A DNA stretch of 63,779 nucleotides, filler included, from Octopus bimaculoides (Eukaryota), in assembly GCF_001194135.2 (NCBI RefSeq). It is 7 parts of 6 records of this genome, joined end to end, with 100 filler letters (N's around TTAATTAATTAA, not from the genome) between each part and the next. Parts side by side here need not be neighbours in the genome. Positions count along the whole stretch, not along the records: positions 1 to 19,083 come from NC_069000.1; 6 more parts are not named here. One strand, 5' to 3'. Positions within the stretch are counted from its first letter, which is position 1, and the number at the start of each line of letters is the position of its first letter. Shown here in pieces: positions 1 to 11,998 of this stretch. A model generated the notes under the pieces. That model had not been told where the DNA came from, did not search any database, and saw only the letters and a program-made list of their open reading frames with translations. The translations under genes and the position numbers were made by a program.

Positions 1-279
1 CGAGCGAGATCGTTGCCAGTGCCCCCGGACTGGCTCTTGTGAGGGTGGCACATAAAAGACACCATTTCGAGCGTGGCCGTTGCCAGTACCGCCTGACTGG
101 CCTTTGTGCGGGTGACACGTAAAAGCACCCACTACACTCTCTGAGTGGTTGGCGTTAGGAAGGGCATCCAGCTGTAGAAACTCTGCCAAATTAGATTGGA
201 GCCTGGTGTTGCCATCCGGTTTCACCAGTCCTCAGTCAAATCGTCCAACCCATGCTAGCATGGAAAGTGGACGTTAAAC

Positions 280-313
<34 letters not shown>

Positions 314-314
314 T
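1..314 (+). mobile_element. 3' end of RTE-clade LINE (young copy) with (GAT)n tail
   Basis: GTTGGCGTTAGGAAGGGCATCCAGCTGTAGAAA...CCAACCCATGCTAGCATGGAAAGTGGACGTTAAACGATGATG tail, homologous to the 3' end of the RT-containing copy at 14335-15965. Confidence 0.75.
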
Positions 315-1457
315 CATAATTGCATTAGGAACTATCCCTAAAAGTTTGAAGAAATACGCATAAAACCTGGTTTAGTGCAGCTCCAGAAAACAGTATTATT
401 AGGAACAACTAGGATACTTAGGAAGGTTCTTGGCATTTAAGGTTGCTTGTTGTAGTCTAATGTTAGGAATGTCTTTGGCAAAATTTGAACCCAGAAATGC
501 TGCAAAGCATTTTGTCAAATGCTTTAAAATGATTCTGCCAGTCCACTGCACTAAAGTTTCAAACATTGGCACAAGGCTTGAAATATTGGAGGAGGTTGGG
601 CGGCTGACAAAATTGTCCCTAGTTCTTGACTGGTGCTTTGTTTTATTGACCCTGGAGAGATGGAAAGCAAAGTTGACCTTGACTGGATTTCAACTTAAAA
701 TGTAAAAAACCAAAACAAATTTTGATTCTGCTAATTGTCCACTCTTAAATAGCAAAATAATTGTTTCTAAATAGACACAAGGTCTTAAAATTTTCTTTTT
801 TTTTTATATCCTAGTATTTCATTTTATTGACAATAACAATATAATAATAATATGAAATAAAACTACAGCACATTAAAATTATATATATTTGTTCACTTCA
901 ATGACTCAGTAGGGAGCCTGTGCAAGAAATTATAGTCAGTTCCAATGGGGATATGGTTTGTAGATTCATGCCAATAAAGAATTAAATTTAATACTATGGT
1001 ATCTATGTGCTATCTTAAAACAGGACTCAAAATTATGACTGTATTAGTACAGCATAGCTAAGGTTCAGACATGCCTCTGTGGTTAAGAAGTTCTCTTTGC
1101 AATTATATAATTTCAGATTCATTCCTACTATGCAGAAACTTCAGAAAGTGACTTCTCTCTTGGATTGATCAAAGCCTTGTGAGGATTGTAAAGAAGTGTG
1201 CCAAAGAGACCATTCTTGTTCTTGACTTGTTGACTTAATCAATTGTTTTGTTTAACAATACCACTTGTTTAACACTACCTATAGTGGAGATTATTCTATT
1301 GCATGCATTCAGAACTGGTGTCTAATTTGAGGAAAAACTTACTCCAACCAGTCCTAGAGGCTCTGAAAAGAATCATACTCATTGTCCTTCTTCCTCTAAG
1401 CCATGCTAAAAAAGAAAAAACATTTTTAATATTTTATTTGTATTTTATTTTTGATAG

Positions 1458-1561
1458 CTTATGTTGAAGAATATGAAATTGAAGACAAAGACTGGATCCA
1501 AGAGCAGATGTCTACTATTGAGTTGACTGTCACATCCAGTACTTATCAAACTGATAATTTG
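1458..1561 (+). CDS. AGK: Acylglycerol kinase, internal coding exon (first of four visible)
   Basis: ttgatag acceptor and GTTAGT donor. Translates (x)YVEEYEIEDKDWIQEQMSTIELTVTSSTYQTDNL, matching my recollection of vertebrate AGK W....LSTIELSITT. Ends in phase 0, compatible with the next exon. Confidence 0.85.
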
Positions 1562-2256
1562 GTTAGTTTCTAGAGATTTCTTACTTTGTATTATTGTCTA
1601 CATTGCACCATTTTTGTTATAAGAATATAATAACTGCTCTAGCAATTCAAGTATAAATGTATTTTCTGATCTGTCTGATCCATTCTGATATGAAAACAGT
1701 TTGGACTATTTTTATATCTGGGAATTTGTTTTGTATTTACTCCTGAATTTGAGGATGTTGTAGTATCCAGTCTTTCTTAGCTGGATACATTGAATTAATT
1801 AGATGAAGCTATTACTGTTTGCTTATCATCATCATCATTATCAATGCTTCTCTACACTAGCTTGAGTTTGTCAGGTCTGCAGTACAACATATTGCCAGTT
1901 GTCTGAGGTTCTCAACTGTGAGACCCAGCATCTTGATACCTGAACTCAAATCCGTAATTCTTCCAACATCTTCCTCTTCTACAAGTAGCCTTTGTCAATG
2001 GTGCATGGTATTGTTTTCACACAGAATTCATCATCCATTCATGTCACATTGACTATACAGTCATCTATCGTGCACATATTGACTGGTACCTTTCATGCTA
2101 AAACACTACTTCAGCTTATTGATAAAATAATACCAGACAACTGTTGGAATCAATTAAATCATCTACACCTCTTGCAAAATTTTTTGGCCTTGTGCCTATG
2201 TTATAAATTATTACTATTGTTCTTGTTTGACTGAGAATTTAAAAAAATTTTTCCAG

Positions 2257-2324
2257 GATGCAAGTATATTAGATATTGGCATTGGTCCTGCCTTACCAGA
2301 GAAAAGCTCAGTGATAAAAGAAGG
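2257..2324 (+). CDS. AGK: Acylglycerol kinase, internal coding exon
   Basis: ttttccag acceptor and GTAAGC donor. Translates DASILDIGIGPALPEKSSVIKE plus GG (phase 2), resembling AGK FLNICIEPDTISKGDFITIG. Confidence 0.85.
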
Positions 2325-3875
2325 GTAAGCATCTTCATTCAGTCATCTCACACTTTAGTGTTCTCTCAATTAGTTGGGGAAGTGGAGTTCTAAGCCTCTT
2401 GAACTCATCATATTAATTTGATAGTAATTCTGTATAGCTGTACAATAAGTAAGGGCGAGCATGTAAGCTGTACCTCAAAAATTCTGTAGAATCAAATGAT
2501 TTAAAATTTTGCTACTCTCATGTTTAGTTATGAGTTACAAGTAGGGGATAAAGAATGAAAATAATTTTGATATTGAATTTGATTTTACATTTTTGTGTGT
2601 GATACTATCTTATCGTAAATATTTTTGATATTTTAGTATTTTTTAGTTATACCTGCTTTCTTAATAAATACAGTGTGCAAGAGGCATTTCAGGACATATT
2701 TGTTAATTTAATAAAACAACTCTAATCTAGCAAAAACCAAATGTATGCACCTGTTCTCCATATGTTTTCTTATATAATTATTCTATGAATTTGTCTTCAG
2801 CTTTGATGACCCTTCAATGCTGGACTGACATCATCTTGACAGTGATAGCCTTGCAAGAATGTTGATTAGTTTCCTTTCCAACAATATGAGCATAGTACTC
2901 TGTGGTATCTAAGTCTAGCGAGTTCGGATGCCTCAAGTTTGGTGTTGAATTATCATAAAAGTTGATATCCATTCTTGAGTTATGTGGGCTTTATGAAAAG
3001 ATGCTGAGTCTTGTTGAAACACATGTCCTTCTATTGCATACTTCATCCATCTAGGAGCAACAGCATTAATTCAAGATCCTGTGGAAAGATGTGAAGTGAC
3101 ATGATATAACCTTCATTACTCACCACTCCTTAAAACCATTATAGTTGCTGGAAACTTAGTGTGCTTCACTCTGGAAACATCAGAAGGATCTGCTATTAAC
3201 CATGTCATTTCTGTTATCGGAGACTTTTTGGTCTTGGTTGAAGTTTTTCCTGTGTCTTCATAGACATGAATTAGCCTATCCTCAGTACATATGACTTGTA
3301 TTGAATCTCCTCATGCACTACCATTCTGATAGTCCACTCTGACATCTGAAATTCTTTGGCAACAGCCCTCATTGGTTTTCTGGAGTCATTATTGATAATG
3401 TTTAGAGCCCATTGGATGAATTGCAGTGTCCTTATAGTGTCCAAACTTTTAGAAGAAATGAAAACTTTTTAATTAATTCATTCAATTGTCCTCAGACACA
3501 CCTAGCAGCCTGTATTATTTTCAGATTTTCACAGCTAACATGGTAACTCTCAGTGGCCCACCTAAATTTAAGAACTATATGTTATGTAAGGCTGCTTTCT
3601 AACAATCATAATTTTTCCAGTATTCTTACTGTGTCCCTTTAAATTAGTATGACCATCTTTCTTATATTATAATACTCAGTTCATTCATCTTTATTCCTTC
3701 ACTCTACATGTCACACCTTCCAGACTCTCAGCCTAAACACTTTTCCCAATATTTCTTTACTAGAACTCCATCCTCATTTATGATTTCCAAAGCATTAACA
3801 GAAACGTAACTACATACATTAAGACAGTGAGTCCTTCACCTTCTTATTCCATTTCCAATATAATTTCCCTCACCA

Positions 3876-4110
3876 TTCGAGCGTGACCAATGCCAGTACT
3901 GCTTGACTGGCACCCATGCTGGTGATACATAAAAATCACCATTCGAGCATGGTCAATGTCATATTGGTGGCATGTAAAAAGCACCCGCTACTCTCTCGGA
4001 GTGGTTGGTGTTAGGAAGGGCATCCAGGTGCAGCCTCCCAGCTTGCTAGTCCCCAATCAAATCCATGCCAGCTTGGAAAGCAGACGTTAAACAACGATGA
4101 TGATAATGAT
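3876..4110 (+). mobile_element. Degraded RTE LINE 3' end
   Basis: Same motifs as 1-314 (cattcgagcgtg..gccagtac, gagtggttggtgttaggaagggcatcc, gacgttaaac..gatgat). Confidence 0.65.
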
Positions 4111-4377
4111 GAAAATTAACAGAAGTAGGCTTACATTCAGAGGATAAATTAATCTCATATACATAGTTAAGTTGGTGTTAACATACTTATTGTGATGAGC
4201 ATCAGAAAGCTTCATAATGAAAAATTATGAAAATATTCATGACTCATTGCCTTATTTTTCTCTATTCATTTTCTTTATGCTTAATTAAAATAAGATTTCT
4301 TTTAAGTTGAATGCGCTTTCTACTATGTACCACATAGCTTTAAAATTCACTTTTTCCTTTTTTACACTACAAATAGG

Positions 4378-4700
4378 TACAAGCGTGGCTGTGTGGTAAG
4401 AAGTTGCTTCCCTACTACATGGTTATAGGTTCAGTCCCACTGTATGGCACCTTGGGCAAGTGTCTTCTACTATAGCCTCAGGCCAACCAAAGCCTTTAAA
4501 GTGGATTTGGTTCAAAGAAGCCCCTTGTATATATATACATCTGTATCTTTGTGTCTGTCTCTCCATCATCGCTTGACAACCGGTGTTAGTGTGTTTATGT
4601 CTCCGTAACTTAGCGGTTCAGCAAAAGAGACCAAAAGAATAGTAGGCTTTAAAAAAATTAAGTCCTGGGGTCAATTTGTTCCACTAAAACCCTTCAAGTA
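4378..4700 (+). mobile_element. tRNA-headed SINE, family A
   Basis: gcgtggctgtgtggtaagaag (A-box-like), ggttcagtccc (B-box-like), ggcaccttgggcaagtgtcttctactatagcc core, and a 3' part cgcttgacaaccggtg...cgtaacttagcggttcagcaaaagagacc. Confidence 0.75.
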
Positions 4701-6214
4701 AAAGAATAAAAGAACTAAGTCAAAGGAAGGGCAATGCCTATTATCCTTTTGAGGGTCTCCAAGACTGATGGATGGAAGTTGTTCTCAGACTGGAAAGCTG
4801 GCCTGTTTGTAACAAAGTGTATTACACTAAAAGTACCCAGAGGCCAGGTAGTGGTGTTAATTTTACCTCTTGTTGGGCTAAGGAGCCCTGTACTATGTTT
4901 GTTGTACAATGAAAAATTTGCAACCTCCTAATTCAGTAATCCAGAAAAGTCCTTCTCCTCACAATCTTGTGCCTGTGTTGAATACATATTTTTTATAACT
5001 GACATTGTAATCTATGATTTAATGCCTTTACCTTAATCCTTTTCATCCCCTCGATTGTCTCTTCCTTATCAGAGTTCCTACTGAACATTCATTCTTCTCT
5101 AGGACTGCATTTCTAGAAATACCTTTCTGTATTTTCCATTTAGTTACACAACTGAAAATTGAAATTGAACATAACTGCACTAACTTCACCCAGTTATTTC
5201 TCACTTAGCCCAGTTATTGAGGAGCTTTGAAAAGATTCCAAACATTGCTTTTCTACCTCTGACTTTTTTTGTTTTAAAGAACTCATTTGTAAGATTTAAG
5301 TTTTGGGGGTTTTTACTTCCTAATTCAATATAAAAGTATTGCCTATTAAACTAAACCAAATTTTCACTTTCAGCTAATGTGCTCTTCAATATTGAGTAGA
5401 ATGTAACTTAGTTCATTTAGCTAAAGAATAATTATCAAGTATTTCAGAGAAAAAGTTACTTGTAATATAATATTTGCATCATTTCTTAGAAGATATTTGT
5501 CTTATAGTTGACAGAACAATAACTGGAGTGGGATGCTGACCTTAGAGCTTATTGTATTGTTTTGAATTCAAATTGTCCCAGCAGCTGCCTGAATGAGAAT
5601 TTGTTGACTCTGTCCAAAATTTGTGATCATACACCTATGTTATAAATTTAGTGTGGCCCTTAATTAGAACTAGGTTTCCAGTTAATTGAGTCTATGATTT
5701 AGATTTGATAAGCAGTTGAAAACCAGTAATTTCATTCCACTTATATTGCCCATATGGCAGTTCCCATCTTGTGCATTGCAGAAAAATTCTGAAAGAGTTA
5801 TGAAAACAAAACTCTTTTACTTTTGAAATATTTGATAAAATGTAAAATGTTCATGAACATGTTCAATAAGCCATTGGTAGGTAATAAGGACCACAATGCA
5901 ACATTTACTGAAATCAAAGTCTCAGGAATATATTCACAAGAAAAATATTAAGTGTTGATGTATTAAATTTCTGGAAAATAGTTTTTTTATTTTTAAAAAA
6001 TGTCATATAATTATTATCAAAATGGGTTGCTATAGTGTGAGGGTGAAAACTATTGTTGTGAAGTAAGCATAAGCATCCCTAAACTCACTATAAAAAGCAG
6101 CCAAACATCTTTCAAACAAGACTCTTCAGTTAAAAAAGAAAAAAGGAACATATTGGATAATTGCATTATTCAATATATATATGACAGGCTTTTCCGTTTC
6201 TTTTCAGTTCGACT

Positions 6215-6330
6215 CACAAAGATTTGGTGAGCCTGGGGTATATAGTAAAAGACATTTACCCAAGGTGCCACTGTAGGACTGAACCCAAGACAATGTGATT
6301 GGGAAACAAGCTTCTTAACCACATAGCAAC
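6215..6330 (-). mobile_element. SINE family A, 5' half
   Basis: Reverse complement of the head and core of the 4378 copy (atagtaaaagacatttacccaaggtgccac...aagcttcttaaccacatagc). Confidence 0.7.
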
Positions 6331-6950
6331 ACACACACACACATATATATAGTGTTCTACCCCTCTCACCTGCCAATTGCTAATTAACCTAGCCCACCTT
6401 TACCAACATCATTAGTGACTTCTATTGATGTATTTTCATCTAATTATTCAGTTATCAACTCTGATTCTAACTATGATCATCCATATTTTCTCCCCAACGT
6501 GTATTTATGACTACATTATCTAATGCAACTTTACCTTTTTAATTTGGTTGGGTATTGTTTGAGGATGATTTAGTACTGCTTTTTATGAAAGGTTGAAGGA
6601 CCTTTTTGAGAATCTCTCATGGATTTGTATTTATTTACTATGCTTTTTATTCCCATTTGTGATAGTTTGATATTATTTAAATCCTTGCTCATATGAATCA
6701 GTTTTTTTTTTAACAAATTCCTGAAGAATTAATTGTTGTGTGAGAGAGAGGGGGAGAGATGAATAGATTGCTAATCTGTACAGGTGTGATACTTGTGCTA
6801 AGTGTCAGTACTTGAAGTCGAATAGAGTGACGTCCCTTGTCTAATTATTACATAATCGCCTAACTCTTGACAATTGCTACAATCCAGTACATTTGCAGTT
6901 TATCTCTGATTTTTAACTAATTGTTTTTGATTTATATTTTTTTCATATAG

Positions 6951-7047
6951 ATGGTCCAGAGCTAAACATAGACGTTTAAAGCTTGGCAGTCAGGAAAATA
7001 ACCATTTAAAGGCACACAAATTGAAGTTATCTCCTGAAATTGAAGAG
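6951..7047 (+). CDS. AGK: Acylglycerol kinase, penultimate coding exon
   Basis: Long T-rich tract, catatag acceptor and GTAAAT donor. The first A completes the GGA codon from the previous exon, then WSRAKHRRLKLGSQENNHLKAHKLKLSPEIEE, ending in phase 0. Confidence 0.85.
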
Positions 7048-7297
7048 GTAAATAGCCTACATAAGACTGATTTTATGTCTGTTGCTGCTGAACTTTGACA
7101 TGCAGATAATTGAATAAGTATGATTTGATCTTAAATATATTGGCTAATATACATAGGAGAGACAGCTACAACTTCTAGGTAAAGAGATGCCATAGCTTGA
7201 TTGGTTTAGTCGGCTAAAAATAAAATAATTGTAGAAGAATGTATATTAGAAGCTGGAGTTGGCAGATGAGACCTAAAAAATGTTGGATCTCATAAAT

Positions 7298-7810
7298 GAA
7301 ACACAGTCTAAAGCTGCATGGAGATATGTTGTTTTAACAAATCCATACAAATATTATCCATATGAAAGAAACACTATTGAATTGTATGCCAATGTATTGC
7401 AACATATGTAAAAGAGACAGTATTAAGCTGTTCGGTGATATGTTTTATTAACAGACCTAAACAAACATGTGTGTAAAAGTAATAGCATTAAGCTGTATGG
7501 TGATGTTTTTCAGCAGACCCACAGTAACATGAAAAAGATAGTATGAAAGAGATGCAGCATTAAGCTGTATGGAGATATGTTGTATTAACAGATCTAAACA
7601 AACACTATCTGTATAAAAGAAACAGCATTAAGCTATATATATTGTACAACTTTGCCATACAAACATAATCTGAATGAAAGACAGTATCATATTGTATGGA
7701 GATATGTTGTATTTGCAGACCTAAATAAACATTATTATGAAAGACACTGTATAGGAATATACCACACAAACATCTGTATAAAAGAGACACAGCATTGAAC
7801 TGTAAGGAAA
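7298..7810. repeat. Degenerate tandem repeat of about 60-70 bp in the last AGK intron
   Basis: Recurring acagcattaagctgtatggagatatgttgtattaacagacctaaacaaaca..tgtataaaag, about 7-8 diverged units. Confidence 0.7.
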
Positions 7811-8033
7811 ACTCTGTACATTCAGATCATTCAGTCTGGGAATCAGTTCACCAGTCTAAGAGAGCTTACAAAGGTCATGGGTACTGTCCCTCATCCTCTG
7901 TATAACTGCCTAGAAAAACAAGAAGCAGAAAGAGGTTTGAAGCTTTTAAATATTTTTATGTTAGTTGACAAGGATGAATGAGGGAAGTTTATTATAATGT
8001 AAGTTAAATTATTTATGTTTCTTTTGCATAAAG

Positions 8034-8156
8034 GGTGAAGAACTTTGGTACAATGTAGATGGAGAAGCTTTTGAAGCACGGCCAATTGAGATTAGCATTA
8101 TTAAGAAGCAACTGCAGATGTTTCATCCTCCTGAGTCGGTTATCTCATATATATAG
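8034..8156 (+). CDS. AGK: Acylglycerol kinase, last coding exon
   Basis: tttcttttgcataaag acceptor. Translates GEELWYNVDGEAFEARPIEISIIKKQLQMFHPPESVISYI*, matching the AGK C-terminus (FSIDSEEYEAMPVEVKLLPRKLQFF). Stop TAG at 8154-8156. Confidence 0.9.
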   Translation, partial: GEELWYNVDGEAFEARPIEISIIKKQLQMFHPPESVISYI

Positions 8157-9874
8157 ACCTATTGCAAATATTTTGGATAATGAACATTTTTGCTGGTATT
8201 TTTCTTCATTATGATGACAGATAAACCATAGCAAGAAAAGATGATAGAGAGAAATCTAGAAGTCTGGTGCAATCTGTTGTATGCATGTGAAAATACATCA
8301 TTTTTATCACGAACTCACAATTCTCTCTAACTAGAAGATAAATTTGACTTGTTATATATATATATATATGTTGTTGTTTGTTTTTTTGTTTTAAATGCTC
8401 CTGCATTTAAATGATTGATTGAAACTCTATATACATGCATGCTTGCACTCATTTATTTATACTCAAACACAGATATTCGTACAATTCAAAAATATTTATT
8501 ACAACTATCTCTATAACATTCATGCATATATATATATATGGAAGTGAGGCTAATTTGACCAGTCACAAATCTCACACTTATAAATATTCTTTCACCACAC
8601 TCAAGGAAGACAGTGTACTACACTGATATTTTCAAGTTCATATGCAGCAGGGTAGTTACAGCAGTTGTATTAATAGTAATAGGCCAATGGTCAGACTAAC
8701 ACAACACTAATTCTGGCTAGAACTTTCAGTCCTAATTTTGACAGATCTTATCTGTATTATAAATTGGGCTGTTAGGATGAATTTGTGTGAATTCATGTCA
8801 GAAATAGAGTTGAAGAGGAAAATGAAACAGATTACCTAGATGAACCAAAATATAAACAAATCAAACACAAATCAGTATTTAAAATAGATAGGCTAAATGC
8901 ACACACGCAATACATACACACGCACAGAATTTTTAAAAAGAAAACAGTTGGATTTTTGTTTGGTTCTTTTTTTTTGTTGGTTTTTTTTTTTACATATTTA
9001 TTACAACAGCAGGAGGGGTGTGAGGGATGTACCTAGTCATCACACCAAGCACTGCAGAGTGACTTAGCAATTACACAAGGATCCCAAGTGAAAACCAAAA
9101 TCTGAAGATTTACAACATAACAGCCGGACAGTTTAACTTTCTGCACAACAGTACAATGTAGTGAACATCTATCTGTCAAGACAAGAATGAGGGGGGGAAA
9201 AAATTTTAAGAAATAGTGAAGTTCCTTGGTTTATTTTTCATCTCTCTGATCTAAAATTTTTCTTTTTGTTTTATGATGTTTTTTCTTTAAATTTTTATCT
9301 TAATCATCAGTCATGATCATTTAACATATTCAAATTAATAGTTCAGTTTCAATTTTCTAGAAACTTCTCAATGTATGAGCACACCCTGACAGTAGTATTA
9401 TCACAAGTGTAATGGACAAATCTACTCAGATTACACCTACAAATCACAGGTATGATTGGTGAAACACAAGATTTTATTGTGAGGTTCATGTCATGTGTTT
9501 TAGGCACCCAGTATCCATCAAATTATTTCTCTGCACAAAGCCATCTTCACAGAATGCCAATTACTGTATTCTCTTTCTTCATCATTACAGTGAGCCTCAG
9601 ATTGTGAATTTGTGGAACACCATCTAATCAGAACCCTTTTAAATTTTTCTTTGTTTAAAAAAAAAAATTACAAAATATAACTTGGTGCAACTACAGCACA
9701 CCTAAAACAGACATGAAAAGTGAGAAATGTATGACCAGTACACATGTTTGTTGTGGTTATACTTGGTCTACACATAATTGCAACACAATAGAAAAAAATG
9801 GTCATAATAGCAGAACATGTTGAAATGACTTCCACTCTCTGCTGAGCTTCATGTTGATCAGGCCAATTCACTAG

Positions 9875-11998
9875 TTATCCGTAACCATAGGGAAGGTCAC
9901 AGTCATATGATCCAGGACTACGGCTTTTTTCAACATAATCTGTAGGGAGAGTTGTTACAGTTGGTTTGATATACATATTGCCTTTACATGTGAATGTGCA
10001 CAACTCTGAGCCTTTACGTTTGGTGTCTCTCATTGTAGCAGGAATATGGACAGTATGTGGTACCAATGAGGGGGCAGTGGTGATTGCAGGGGACGGTGGT
10101 GGCTGGTGTGCAGTGACAGTGTTGGCATCTCTGTCTGGGAGGTAAAGTTTGATATCCATGTCACATTCAAACAGGTTTGGTTTGCTGATCTCAACAGCTG
10201 TTCCATCTTTGTGTCGAACTGCTGCCTGGCTGTTTGATACCAACTGATCAACTACTGCTAATTCTGCGCTCATAGCCCTCTCCAGCTGAACTGGAGGTGG
10301 TGCTGCTGTGGCATTTGTGAATACACTGGGTTCACAAGTACGTAGACTCACTAAACATGCCCTACTTGTTTTAGGAAGTGTACTACTATCAAACATAGAG
10401 TTGCCAGTGATAATTGTGTCGCCACAATGATAGGTGGCACTTACAACTGTAGCAGTTGGGTCACCTGGCTTTGAGTTGGTCGGTAAATCAGCAGTAATAG
10501 CACCAGGTTCAGCTGTTGAAATGTAAGTGTGCACAACAGAGGAATCGGAGGCAGGAGTACACAGAACTTTGCATGTTTTCTCTCCATGGTTTGATGCCTG
10601 TTCTGAAATTTGCAGATCAACTTGCAGAGGTTTGTAACTTTGATCAATGCTTTGACCTTCAACAGTAGCATTATCACAAACTCCAGAAGGTGGATCACTG
10701 CAGCAGCGTAGGGTAGTGGTGAGCTCCAGTTTTTTATCAGTGTCTGTATCAATCTGTGGTGAGTATCCATTTCTTCCATTTGTCACAGCTGTTGCATTGT
10801 TTGCTGCATCACATGCATCTAAGTGTTGTTCATTTTTACAACAAGTAGCTAAATCTGCAGCTAATTCCATGCTTGTATCTGTATCAGTTGACTGAATCTT
10901 TTCCCGTAGTGCACCAGCTGCAATAGTTTTAAACAAATCACTATCATCTTTGAAGCAGGACGGTGTTAGTACATCGCAAACTGCAGCATGAGATGCCGTC
11001 GTCTTGACACCATTAGGATCTTGCAACTCTTCCCAGAATTTATCTACTTCTGGGAACACAAGTGCTCGTTGCCGCGTGTGAAATTTGAGATGCTGGCATA
11101 AGTTTCTATGTCTGGTGAATGTTTTGTCACAGAATCTGCACCTATAAGGTTCCTCACCTGTGTGTTCTTTGAGATGTTCCATCAGTCGCGTTGCTTTAGA
11201 AAAACATTTATTGCAATATTCGCATTCATATGGGTTATCTCGATGTAATTGCATATGTTCATCAAGGAGGCTTTGCAGAGGAAATGGTTTGTCACAGAAG
11301 TCACATTTGCAGAAATTTTCACGCGTATGTACCTGAATGTGACGGGTTAACAGTGAAGACTGGGGGAATCTTTTGTCACAAAAATCACATTTATAAGGCC
11401 TTTCGCCTGTGTGTACACGCTGATGAATCTCAAGTGAGTTAGATTGTGAGAACCTTTTGTCACAGAACTTACATGCATATGGCTTTTCGCCAGTGTGAGT
11501 GCGAGTGTGTTTGACAAGTTGTGATGACTGCACAAAGTCTTTTGAGCAAAACTTACATTTGTAGTTCTTCTCGCCCTTATGGATTTTTATGTGCCTTCGC
11601 AATGAACTTGATTGCGCAAACCGTTGCTGACATAAGTGACACTGGTGCGGCTGCTCACCCGTGTGGATCTTCAGGTGCACACTGAGGCTGCCCACTTGGA
11701 CGAAACGCTTGTCACACAGATGACATTTGTAAGGCTTCTCTCCAGTGTGGGTTCGCTGGTGCACATGGAGGCTGCCCGATTGTGAAAAGCCGCGTTGACA
11801 CACCCCACACAAGTAAGGTTTCTCACCTGTGTGAGTGCGGAGGTGCGTTGTCAGATTACAAGACTTGGGAAACTCCTTCGCACAAAACTGGCACTTGAAC
11901 GACTTGGTGTTGCCAGAGTTGGATGTTGGTACATTACCACTGCTAATTTGCTCACTAACTGCAAGGGCATTTACTGCTAGTCGTGCTGCACTCGTCAT
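9875..11998 (-). CDS. C2H2 zinc-finger protein, 10 tandem fingers plus long low-complexity C-terminal tail (707 aa from first ATG)
   Basis: Uninterrupted ORF with ten CxxC-x12-HxxxH fingers at 11078-11899 and TGEKP-type linkers. The ORF-track start at 12049 is TTG with an in-frame TAA two codons upstream; the first ATG is at 11998. Confidence 0.92.
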   Translation of the reverse strand: MTSAARLAVNALAVSEQISSGNVPTSNSGNTKSFKCQFCAKEFPKSCNLTTHLRTHTGEKPYLCGVCQRGFSQSGSLHVHQRTHTGEKPYKCHLCDKRFVQVGSLSVHLKIHTGEQPHQCHLCQQRFAQSSSLRRHIKIHKGEKNYKCKFCSKDFVQSSQLVKHTRTHTGEKPYACKFCDKRFSQSNSLEIHQRVHTGERPYKCDFCDKRFPQSSLLTRHIQVHTRENFCKCDFCDKPFPLQSLLDEHMQLHRDNPYECEYCNKCFSKATRLMEHLKEHTGEEPYRCRFCDKTFTRHRNLCQHLKFHTRQRALVFPEVDKFWEELQDPNGVKTTASHAAVCDVLTPSCFKDDSDLFKTIAAGALREKIQSTDTDTSMELAADLATCCKNEQHLDACDAANNATAVTNGRNGYSPQIDTDTDKKLELTTTLRCCSDPPSGVCDNATVEGQSIDQSYKPLQVDLQISEQASNHGEKTCKVLCTPASDSSVVHTYISTAEPGAITADLPTNSKPGDPTATVVSATYHCGDTIITGNSMFDSSTLPKTSRACLVSLRTCEPSVFTNATAAPPPVQLERAMSAELAVVDQLVSNSQAAVRHKDGTAVEISKPNLFECDMDIKLYLPDRDANTVTAHQPPPSPAITTAPSLVPHTVHIPATMRDTKRKGSELCTFTCKGNMYIKPTVTTLPTDYVEKSRSPGSYDCDLPYGYG

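Noticed and set aside
205-240. Hammerhead in the RTE tail (minus strand CTGAGGA CTGGT GAAAC)
   Set aside because: Only 5 nt between the core segments, so no stem II can form, and there is no stem I pairing.
430-705. 91-aa ORF in the AGK intron
   Set aside because: Non-ATG start, no homology that I recognise and no phase-compatible splice sites.
8968-9002. Genomic poly(A) relic implying the ZNF is a retrogene
   Set aside because: The T run is only 5 nt from the AATAAA, no TSD is visible, and the coding exon has a splice acceptor upstream. Single-exon finger arrays are normal.
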